Assembly (NCBI GenBank): GCA_034722055.1
Contig: JAYENL010000242.1
Location: forward strand, 64,001-128,000
Direction: 5' to 3'
Origin: Armatimonadota bacterium
GTDB taxonomy: Bacteria; Armatimonadota; Zipacnadia; Zipacnadales; UBA5352
Length of the DNA stretch: 64,000 bases
The translations under genes and the position numbers were made by a program. The notes under the pieces are model-generated. The model did not search any database. It was not told the DNA's origin and saw only the letters and a program-made list of their open reading frames with translations. Shown here piece by piece: positions 56,352 to 64,000 of this stretch; the first letter of the stretch is position 1; the number at the start of each line of letters is the position of its first letter.

Positions 56352-57848
56352 CTATTGCTCAGGCTCGGCCAGCAGCCTCCGCGCCAGGGCCAGCGCCTCC
56401 TGCTTCGTGGCGATCTCGCGATCCGCGTAGGCCTCCGCGATAGCGTCGAGCAGCTCGCCGACCAGCGGGCCCTCCTCGACGCCCAGCTTCTCCATCAGCT
56501 CGGTGCCGTCGATGAGGCCGGGGCGCTCCCGCTGCTCGCGGAGCCAGTCGAGGTAACGCGCCAGCATGTCGTCGAAGATCTCGTAGATGCGACCGCGCTG
56601 CTCCAGGCGGCTGGCCGGCCCCCGGCAGGCGGAGCGGTCGGCCACCGCCAGCAGCAGCAGGCCGATGGCCGCCGGCTCAGCGTCGCGCATCAGCCGTCGA
56701 ACCGCGCGCAGCGTGACGGCGCTGGTCAGCTTCCGGCCCTCCGCCTCGGCCCTCAGCCCGGCGTTCGACAGCTCCAGCGGGCGCATGTGCAGGCGGATCA
56801 TGCGCGCCACCATGCGCCTGAGGCGCGATGGGAGGCACCAGCGCCTGGCGAGCTGCAGGAAGATCCGCGCACCCTCGTCCTCGTGGCCGATGAACCGCGC
56901 CCGGCCGTCCTCCACCGAGCGGCAGGCCGGCTTGGCGACGTCGTGAAACAGCGCCGCCATGCGCGCCGCCGCGCGGTTCTCGCGCTCTTGCAGCCACAGG
57001 CGAACCGCCTCCGCCGTGCGTGGGAGGAAGAGCTGCGGCTCATTGATTGCCCGCTCCACCTCGTGCAGCGTCAGCAGCGTGTGCCCCAGCACATCGAGGT
57101 GATGGTAGCCGCCCTGCTGGACCCCGCGCATCGCCGTCACGGGCGGGATGAAGCGCTCCAGGGCGCCGAGGTCGTCGGCCGCCTGCACCGCGTCGGCGGC
57201 GTGCTCCGCGGCGAAGAGCTTCACCATCTCCTGGCCCACCCGCTCCCCGGGCACGTCATGCACCCGCGGCGCCAGCTCCGTCGCCCACCGTCCGGTCTGC
57301 GCCTCCACCGCAAAGCCAAGCTGGGCCGCGAACCGGAAGGCCCGCAGCGTCCGCACAGGGTCGGCCTCCAGCACCTGCCGCGACGGCGAGCGCACCCGCC
57401 GGGCGCGCAGGTCGTCGAGGCCGCCGGCGGGGTCGATGAGGCTCTCCGCGCCGCGAACGTCCCAGCCCAGAGCGTTGATGGTGAAGTCGCGCAGGGACAG
57501 GTCCTGCTCGATGGTCGGGGCGCGCAGCTCGGCGAAGTCCAGGAAGCCGGCGGGCCGGCCGGGCTGAAGGATGACGCGCGCGGTGGGCAGGTCCTCGTGC
57601 AGGATCACGACCCGCAGGTCGTGCTCTCGGGCGAAGCGGCGCGCCAGCTCCATCGTCCCGCGGCCGGCCAGGTCCCAGTCCCCCACCGGCCGTCCCAGGA
57701 GCAGATCGCGGAGCGCGCCACCCACCAGGAACAGCTCGTAGCCACCCGCGGAGGCCATCGCCGAGAGCTCCCGGCGCAGCGGCTCTCGCAGCCAGGCACG
57801 CTCCACGACCGCCGCAGGTTCGCCGGACTGCCGAGGCTCAGCCATCAT
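56352..57848 (-). CDS. Class II tRNA nucleotidyltransferase with HD domain, probably CC-adding type
   Basis: VGGALRDLLLGRPVGDWD, DLSLRDFTINAL, DP.GGLDDL, DPVRTLRAFRF, GERVGQE, YHHLDVLGHT, LFHDVAKP. Confidence 0.9.
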   Translation of the reverse strand: MMAEPRQSGEPAAVVERAWLREPLRRELSAMASAGGYELFLVGGALRDLLLGRPVGDWDLAGRGTMELARRFAREHDLRVVILHEDLPTARVILQPGRPAGFLDFAELRAPTIEQDLSLRDFTINALGWDVRGAESLIDPAGGLDDLRARRVRSPSRQVLEADPVRTLRAFRFAAQLGFAVEAQTGRWATELAPRVHDVPGERVGQEMVKLFAAEHAADAVQAADDLGALERFIPPVTAMRGVQQGGYHHLDVLGHTLLTLHEVERAINEPQLFLPRTAEAVRLWLQERENRAAARMAALFHDVAKPACRSVEDGRARFIGHEDEGARIFLQLARRWCLPSRLRRMVARMIRLHMRPLELSNAGLRAEAEGRKLTSAVTLRAVRRLMRDAEPAAIGLLLLAVADRSACRGPASRLEQRGRIYEIFDDMLARYLDWLREQRERPGLIDGTELMEKLGVEEGPLVGELLDAIAEAYADREIATKQEALALARRLLAEPEQ

Positions 57849-58575
57849 CTTCCACCGGGAGCTGCACAGCCTGCCGGAGGGCCTGCACCTGGCCCTCGGT
57901 CAGGGGCCGCACCTCGCCCAGCGACAGCTCACCCAGCCGCAGCGGGCCCATGCGCACGCGCTTGAGTCGGCGCACCGGATGGCCGATGGCGTCGCACATC
58001 CGCCGCACCTGGCGGTTGCGGCCCTCCGTGATGGTGATCCGGAGGCGGGTCTCACCGCCCTCGGTAGCGACCAGCACTACCCCTGCCGGCTGCGTGGGGC
58101 CGTCCTCGAGCTCGATCCCCGAGCGGAGCCTGCGAAGCTGAGACTCCGGGGGCGTCCCCTCCACGTCCGCCAGGTACTCCTTCTCCACGTGGTGGCGCGG
58201 GTGCAGCAGGCGCTGGGTCAGGTCGCCGTCGTCGGTGAGCAGCAGCAGCCCCGTGGTATCCTGGTCGAGTCTGCCCACAGGGTAGATGCGAGTGCGAAGA
58301 TGCTCGGGGACCAGGTCCATGACGGTGGGCCGCCCGTGGGTGTCGTCGCGGGTGGTCACGTAGCCGGGCGGCTTGTTCAGCGCCAGGTAGATATATCCCT
58401 CGGGGATCTCGACCGGCTGGCCGTCCACCCGTATGTCGTCATCGGGACTGGCCTTGGCGCCAAGCTCACGGACCACCTGCCCGTTAACGGTTACGCGGCC
58501 CTCCCGGATCAGCTCCTCGCAGGACCGGCGGCTACCGAGCCCGGCGCGCGCCAACAGCTTCTGAAGCCGCTCCAT
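57838..58575 (-). CDS. rluB: 23S rRNA pseudouridine synthase (RluB/RsuA family)
   Basis: S4 domain MERLQKLLARAGLGSRR; NKPPG; PVGRLDQDTTGLLLLT; EGRNRQVRRM. Confidence 0.93.
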   Translation of the reverse strand: MERLQKLLARAGLGSRRSCEELIREGRVTVNGQVVRELGAKASPDDDIRVDGQPVEIPEGYIYLALNKPPGYVTTRDDTHGRPTVMDLVPEHLRTRIYPVGRLDQDTTGLLLLTDDGDLTQRLLHPRHHVEKEYLADVEGTPPESQLRRLRSGIELEDGPTQPAGVVLVATEGGETRLRITITEGRNRQVRRMCDAIGHPVRRLKRVRMGPLRLGELSLGEVRPLTEGQVQALRQAVQLPVEDDG

Positions 58576-59761
58576 GCGCCAACACCCCCCCAGCCAGCGC
58601 CAACACGGCCGCCAGCAGCGCCAGCGACCACTGCTCGCTCAGCATCTGCGCCCACGGCGACTGCGGCACATCCGCATCCGCCACCAGCTTCACAGTCTCG
58701 CGACTGCCATCCGGCATGGTCACCGCCAGCGTCCCGCACGGCTCGCCCGCGGTGACCGGAGCCGGGCGGACCCCCTCCGCGAGCACCGGCTCCTCGGGAC
58801 GCGCCTGTCGGGGGATGACGGCGATGACGTCCCTCGCCGCGTGGGCCTGCACGGTCTCCCGAACGCCGCCACGGACCTGGACGGTGGCCCGGGTGAGCTC
58901 GCGTGAGACCAGCGCCACCTTGTAGAAGGAGGCGAAGCCCCACTCCAGCAGCACGCGGGCGTCGGTCCAGGCGTCCTCGGAGTCCAGCACCACACAGATC
59001 AGCCGCCAGCCGTCGATGTAGGCGCTGGCGGCCAGGCATCGCCCGGCCTGCGCGGTGTACCCGGTCTTGATGCCGTCACAGGCCTCCCAGTGCTGCAGCA
59101 GGCGGTTGCGGTTGCGCAGCTTGCGGTCGTACGGCCTGCCGGGCCAGGGCACCGCGGCCTCCTCCGTGCGCACGATCGGGCGCAGCTCGGCCCTTCCCAT
59201 CACGTGAAGCCCCAGGATCGCCAGGTCCCGGGCGCTGGAGTAGTGGTCCTCGGCGTGCAATCCATGGGGATTCGTGAAGTGGGTGTTCTCCAGCCCCAGC
59301 TCGGCGGCGCGCCGGTTCATCAGCGCCACGAAGTCCTCCACCGACCCCGCCACCGCCTCCGCGCAGGCCGCCGCGGCATCGTTGGCGGAGGCCAGCATCG
59401 CTCCCGTGAGCAGGTGGCGGAGCTTCAGCTCCTCTCCGGACTTCAGGTTCATGGAGGTCTCGCCGACTGCGGCAGCCCGCTCGCTGACCACCACCGTGCG
59501 GTCCAGGTCCCCCTTCTCTGCGACCAGCAGGGCCGTCATCATCTTCGTGAGGCTGGCCGGTGGGCGCCGCTCGTCCGGATGTCGGGCGTAGAGCACCTGG
59601 CGCGTCTCGGGGTCGATCAGCACGGCGGCGCTGCACTGCAGCTCGGGCGGGGACACCTCCGCCGCCGGCACCCGTGTGGGCAGCACCACCAGCAGGGCGC
59701 ACAGCGCGGCGTGGATTGCTCGATGCACGCTCCGGCGGAGCACGACGGTAAGCCACCTCAC
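58532..59761 (-). CDS. D-alanyl-D-alanine carboxypeptidase (peptidase S11)
   Basis: ASLTK (SxxK), SAND (SxN), NPHGL, GIKTGYT; C-terminal TM anchor. Confidence 0.93.
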   Translation of the reverse strand: MRWLTVVLRRSVHRAIHAALCALLVVLPTRVPAAEVSPPELQCSAAVLIDPETRQVLYARHPDERRPPASLTKMMTALLVAEKGDLDRTVVVSERAAAVGETSMNLKSGEELKLRHLLTGAMLASANDAAAACAEAVAGSVEDFVALMNRRAAELGLENTHFTNPHGLHAEDHYSSARDLAILGLHVMGRAELRPIVRTEEAAVPWPGRPYDRKLRNRNRLLQHWEACDGIKTGYTAQAGRCLAASAYIDGWRLICVVLDSEDAWTDARVLLEWGFASFYKVALVSRELTRATVQVRGGVRETVQAHAARDVIAVIPRQARPEEPVLAEGVRPAPVTAGEPCGTLAVTMPDGSRETVKLVADADVPQSPWAQMLSEQWSLALLAAVLALAGGVLAHGAASEAVGARRAR

Positions 59762-60414
59762 GTGAGCTCCTCGGGGGCCTCCGGGTCCTGGTGCGTCTCT
59801 TCCTCGGCGGCCGGGCTGTCGGCGTCGATGCCAGCGTTCGCGGCGGTCCGGTCCTGGTCCGCGTCCTCGCCGACCAGCTCCCCGAGCTGCTCGCGGAAGT
59901 CCGTCTCACCAACCGTCAGCTCGGGAAGCTGATCGAGATCGTTGAGCCCGAAGGCGGACAGGAAGTGGGGAGTGGTGACCAGCAGGAAGGGCCGGCCCGG
60001 CGCGTCCTTGCGCCCTGCGATCGCCACCAGGCCCTTGTCGATGAGGCTGTTAACCGCGGTGGTGGAGTTCACGCCGCGGATGTCATCGATCTCCGGCCGG
60101 GTCATGGGCTGCAGGTAGGCGATGATCGCCAGCGTCTCCATCGCCTGCGGCGAGAGCTGCTCCGGCTCCGGCTCCCGAAGCCGCTGCACGTAACCGGCGA
60201 ACCGCGGCCGGGTGGCGATCTGGAACCCTCCCGCCAGCCGCACCACCTGCAGCGCCGATCCCTCCATCAGCTCTGCCACATCCGCCACCAGACCCTCGAT
60301 GTCGGTCACGGGTACGTCAAGCACCGCCGCCAGCCGCTCCTCGTCACAGGGTGTCTCGGAGGCGAAGATGACCGCCTGCAGGGCCCGGACCTTCTCCTCC
60401 CGGTCGTAGATCAC
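59758..60414 (-). CDS. scpB: Segregation and condensation protein B
   Basis: LSPQAMETLAIIAYLQPMTRPEIDDIRGVNS, GRKDAPGRP, FL..FGL. Confidence 0.95.
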   Translation of the reverse strand: MIYDREEKVRALQAVIFASETPCDEERLAAVLDVPVTDIEGLVADVAELMEGSALQVVRLAGGFQIATRPRFAGYVQRLREPEPEQLSPQAMETLAIIAYLQPMTRPEIDDIRGVNSTTAVNSLIDKGLVAIAGRKDAPGRPFLLVTTPHFLSAFGLNDLDQLPELTVGETDFREQLGELVGEDADQDRTAANAGIDADSPAAEEETHQDPEAPEELT

Positions 60415-61202
60415 GTCTCGCTGGGCTCCTCGGTGCGAACGTGGCGAAGCCGGATGCGCCCCCAGGGCTGGTCCTGCGAGACACGCAGCTCGCCACGGCG
60501 GATCATCTCCAGCACCGCCAGGAAGGTCACCACGATGAATACCCGGGTGGAGCCGTCCGGCACCAGCTCATCGAAGTAGAGCTCTCGCCTCGGCCGCAGA
60601 TGCAGCTCCTGGATAAGCTGTTCAATCCGCTCCCCGACCGTGACCTCCTCGCGCTCTACCGTGTGCGGTGGCGGCTCCTTCGCGCGCTCCAGCATCTCCT
60701 GCACCGCGGCCACCATGTCGAAGACCGAAACGTCCTCCAGTGGCACCACGCCGCCGCCGACCCCCTGATCGGATGTCGCGGGGCGCAGGTAGATCTGCTT
60801 GCGCGCCTCCTGGGCCTCGGCGAGGATCTCAGCAGCCTCCTTGTAGGTACGGTACTCCGCCAGCCGCCGGGCCAGCTCCACCGCCGGGTCCTCCTCGTCC
60901 AGCTCCTCCTCGACCTCGGACTCCTCGCGCGGCAGCAGCGCCCTGGACTTGAGCAGCAGCAGCGTGGCGGCCATGACGATGAACTGCGTCGCCACCTCGA
61001 TGTTGATCCTCCGCATCGTCCGCAGGTAGCGCAGGAACTGGTCGGTGATGCGCACCACGTCCACCTCCACCACCTCCACCTCCTCGCGGCGCACGAGGTG
61101 AAGCAGCAGGTCCAGCGGCCCCTCGAAGATCTCGATCCGAACCGGGTGGCCGTGGAACTGCTCGAACTGTGCGCTCAGGTCGCGTACCGGCAGCTCAATC
61201 AC
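60411..61202 (-). CDS. scpA: Segregation and condensation protein A
   Basis: FEGPLDLLLHL, FIVMAATLLLLKSRALLP, VVTFLAVLE. Confidence 0.95.
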   Translation of the reverse strand: MIELPVRDLSAQFEQFHGHPVRIEIFEGPLDLLLHLVRREEVEVVEVDVVRITDQFLRYLRTMRRINIEVATQFIVMAATLLLLKSRALLPREESEVEEELDEEDPAVELARRLAEYRTYKEAAEILAEAQEARKQIYLRPATSDQGVGGGVVPLEDVSVFDMVAAVQEMLERAKEPPPHTVEREEVTVGERIEQLIQELHLRPRRELYFDELVPDGSTRVFIVVTFLAVLEMIRRGELRVSQDQPWGRIRLRHVRTEEPSET

Positions 61203-62304
61203 TCGTCGCTTTCTTAGCCGCTGCGCGCGCTGGGGTCTCCGCCGTGACCGTCGTTTCGTCGGCGGCCACCATCGAGATCGGTGCCCCGGCGGACCGCGTG
61301 AGATCGCTGACCGTCACACCCTGGCCGAGGATGGAGTGCGACAGCCCGGCCGGGACGTTCGCCACCACGCACATGTCATCAAGCACGCTGTCGATGATCG
61401 TCGATCCCCGGACGTGGCAGCCCGCTCCGAGGGACACGTGCGGCCCGACCGTGCTGTCCTCAATGGCGCAGTCGGCCTCGATCCGGCAAGGCCCCAGGAG
61501 CCTGGAGGCGGTGATCCGCGCTCCGGCGGCGATCTCGACCTCACCCTCGATGATCGAGGCGCCATCGACGTCCCCGTCGATGCTGTGCGCCAGCCGCTGG
61601 AGGTAGAACCGGTTTGCCGTCAGCAGGGCCTCCGGCGATCCCGCGTCGGCCCAGAAGCCCTCGGTCACCTGACAGGTCACGACCTGCCCCTCCGCCACCA
61701 GGTGCTCGATGGCGTCGGTGATCTCCAGCTCCCCACGATCCGACGGCTCGATGCTGTCAATGGCCTCCCATATCTCCGGCCCGAACCCGTAGACGCCCAC
61801 GATGGCCAGGTCGCTGGGCGGATCCTCCGGCTTCTCGACCGCCAAGGTCACCGCGCCGTCCTCGCAGACCACCACCCCGAATGCGCGCGGGTCGGGCACC
61901 GGCTTGACGATCAGGGACGCCGCGGCGTCGGACGCCACGAACTCGTCAGCGAATGCCGCTATGCCGTCGCCGAGCAGATCGTCGCCCAGGTACATCACGA
62001 AGCGCTCGTCGTCGTCCACCTCTGGGCGAGCACAGCCCAGGGCATGCGCGAGTCCCTTCGCCTCATGCTGTACGCAGAAGCTGGCGCGCATGTTCCACCG
62101 CGATCCGTCGCCCACAAAGGCCCGGATCCTGTCACCGCCGGCGCCGATGACGAAGACTGCCTCATCCACGCCCGCCTCCGCCAGGTCCCCCAGCACCCAG
62201 TCGAGGACCGCTCGTCCCGCCACGGGCAGGAGGTGCTTTGGGCGCACGAAGGTGAGGGGATACAGCCGCGTGCCCGCCCCTGCGCACAGCAAGACCGCCT
62301 TCAT
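61195..62304 (-). CDS. Sugar-1-phosphate nucleotidyltransferase (long-form glucose-1-P thymidylyltransferase-like)
   Basis: MKAVLLCAGAGTRLYPLT..RPKHLLPV, GLAHA, VEKP, RGELEITDAI, C-terminal hexapeptide-like repeats. Confidence 0.88.
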   Translation of the reverse strand: MKAVLLCAGAGTRLYPLTFVRPKHLLPVAGRAVLDWVLGDLAEAGVDEAVFVIGAGGDRIRAFVGDGSRWNMRASFCVQHEAKGLAHALGCARPEVDDDERFVMYLGDDLLGDGIAAFADEFVASDAAASLIVKPVPDPRAFGVVVCEDGAVTLAVEKPEDPPSDLAIVGVYGFGPEIWEAIDSIEPSDRGELEITDAIEHLVAEGQVVTCQVTEGFWADAGSPEALLTANRFYLQRLAHSIDGDVDGASIIEGEVEIAAGARITASRLLGPCRIEADCAIEDSTVGPHVSLGAGCHVRGSTIIDSVLDDMCVVANVPAGLSHSILGQGVTVSDLTRSAGAPISMVAADETTVTAETPARAAAKKATSD

Positions 62305-62310
62305 CGTCCG

Positions 62311-63324
62311 TCACCCTTGCCCGGTCCAGTCCAGGCTCATGGCTGCGCGGACCTCGGCCATGGTGTCGGCGGCCACCCCACGGGCCTTCTCTGCGCCCTC
62401 CCGCAGCACCTGATGCACGTAGTCGAGGTTCGCGGCCAGCTCCCTGCGCCGCTCCATGACCGGTCCCAGCGCCTCCAGCAGCTTCTCCGTGGCCTCCACC
62501 TTGCAGTCCACGCAGCCCAGGTCCCCGGCCTCGCACTCCACCTTGATCTCGTCCACGCGCGGCGGATCGTTGTACATGCGGTGGTAGACGAAGACCGGGC
62601 AGCGGTCCGGATGCCCGGCATCGCCCATGCGGATCTTCTCGGGGTCGGTGAACATGGACTTCATCTTCTGCGCCACCTCGTCGATCGAGTCAGCCAGGTT
62701 GATGGCGTTATCGTAGGACTTGCTCATCTTGCGCCCATCGACCCCCGGCACCATGGCGAACTCCGACAGCATGGCATCCGGCTCGGGAAAGACCTCGCCG
62801 AAGAGGTTGTTGAAGCGCCGCACGATCTCCCGGGTCAGCTCCAGATGCGGAAGCTGGTCCTCGCCCACCGGCACCACGTCGGCCTTGTACATGATGATGT
62901 CGGCGGCCTGCAGCACCGGGTAGCCCAGCAGCCCGAAGCCCGGCCCCGTTCCGTCAGTGAGAGTGGCGATCTGATCCTTGTAGGTGGGACAGCGCTCCAG
63001 CCAGGACACCGGCGTCACCATCCCCAGCAGCAGGCACAGCTCGGCGTGCTCGGGCACGTCGGACTGCACGAAGAGCGTACTGCGCTCAGGGTCGAGGCCC
63101 GAGGCCAGCCAGTCGATGGCGATCTGCTCGCTGCGCTCGGGCAGGGCCTCGGTCTCCTGGTAGCCCGTGGTCAGGGCATGCCAGTCGGCGATCTCGAAGA
63201 AGCAGTCGTACTCGTCCTGCAGCGCCGCCCAACTGCGCAGGGTACCCTCGTAGTGTCCGATGTGCAGCAGGCCGGTGGGCCTGTGCCCACTCAGAATCCG
63301 CCCTTTCCTCGCCAACGAGATCAC
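62311..63324 (-). CDS. trpS: Tryptophan--tRNA ligase
   Basis: RPTGLLHIGH, YPVLQAADI, VPVGEDQLPH, KMSKS. Confidence 0.98.
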   Translation of the reverse strand: MISLARKGRILSGHRPTGLLHIGHYEGTLRSWAALQDEYDCFFEIADWHALTTGYQETEALPERSEQIAIDWLASGLDPERSTLFVQSDVPEHAELCLLLGMVTPVSWLERCPTYKDQIATLTDGTGPGFGLLGYPVLQAADIIMYKADVVPVGEDQLPHLELTREIVRRFNNLFGEVFPEPDAMLSEFAMVPGVDGRKMSKSYDNAINLADSIDEVAQKMKSMFTDPEKIRMGDAGHPDRCPVFVYHRMYNDPPRVDEIKVECEAGDLGCVDCKVEATEKLLEALGPVMERRRELAANLDYVHQVLREGAEKARGVAADTMAEVRAAMSLDWTGQG

Positions 63325-63333
63325 TCCAGATCG

Positions 63334-64000
63334 CTAGAACCACAACCAGGCAGCTCCGGTCAGCAATCGACCCAGGTACAAGACGGGCGTCACGATCAGT
63401 GTGCTCAGGATCGGGATTCTTAGAAGCCAGTCCGCGGCGATGAGCAGCATCAGCAGTCGCCCGCCCCACTGTTGCGAGAACTGCCTGAATCGCCACGACT
63501 TTCCCCGCGGCAGCAGGCTCTCAAGGACGTGGGCACCATCGAGCGGCCCCAGCGGCAGCAGGTTGAAGAAGGCCAGCAACAGGTTCAGCAACACGAGGAC
63601 GCTCAGCGGCAGCAGATACTCGCCAGCGAGCCCGAAGCGGATGGGGATGGCGGCCAGCACGGCCACCAGCAGATTGGTCGCCACGCCCGCAGCCGACACG
63701 ATCAGATTGTCCCGCCGCGGCTTGCGGTAGTTCTGCGGATTGACGGGAACCGGCTTGCCCCACCCGATCCCGAACAGGAGGATCATCGTCGTCCCAATCG
63801 GATCATAATGGTCGAGCGGGTTCAGCGACACCCGCCCGTTCGCGCGCGGCGTGGGGTCGCCGAGCCGGTCGGCCGCATAGGCGTGAGCGAACTCGTGCAC
63901 AGTTAGCCCGATGGTGATCGCGACCAGCCAGCTCAGGATGAAGGGGAGCCGTGGCTCCAGAGGCTGCCCGCCCAACACAACGTCCGTCAGGACTTGCAGG
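63334..64000 (-). CDS. Site-2 protease (peptidase M50); frame is open to the window edge, so the start may lie outside
   Basis: HEFAH, GDPTP...GR.SLNPL.H.DP.GT, GWGKPVPVNP, FNLLPLGPLDG. Confidence 0.92.
   Translation of the reverse strand, partial: LQVLTDVVLGGQPLEPRLPFILSWLVAITIGLTVHEFAHAYAADRLGDPTPRANGRVSLNPLDHYDPIGTTMILLFGIGWGKPVPVNPQNYRKPRRDNLIVSAAGVATNLLVAVLAAIPIRFGLAGEYLLPLSVLVLLNLLLAFFNLLPLGPLDGAHVLESLLPRGKSWRFRQFSQQWGGRLLMLLIAADWLLRIPILSTLIVTPVLYLGRLLTGAAWLWF

Overview
A high-GC bacterial chromosomal segment. Its gene content (prepilin-type N-terminal/H-X9-DG proteins, DUF6785/OPT-like membrane proteins, many large secreted CAZyme-like proteins, Firmicutes-like gene order) best fits Armatimonadota or a related lineage, probably anaerobic; this is an inference. 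Housekeeping blocks: an unannotated 6S RNA followed by rarA-rsbV-rsbW-sigB-like-alaS; rodA; lepB; HIT; hisS...aspS; an acyl-CoA dehydratase activase fusion; and M50-trpS-rmlA-like-scpA-scpB-dac-rluB-tRNA nucleotidyltransferase. Two lower-GC toxin-antitoxin modules sit at operon ends: darTG, and an HTH_17-antitoxin/VapC pair whose toxin appears to start at ACG. The two strongest candidates for undescribed biology are (i) a four-gene envelope module of small FtsX permease, Zn-ribbon LolD-type ATPase, a 1652-aa pseudo-M28-peptidase/double-FtsX protein and an OPT-like transporter, next to a pseudopilin pair, and (ii) an exactly spaced AGG-N19-GAA (sigma-H-like) motif upstream of seven accessory transcription units, including that module, while housekeeping genes carry canonical sigma-A promoters. 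No CRISPR array, tRNA, rRNA, integrase or transposase was recognised. All calls come from reading motifs by eye; no database search was run.
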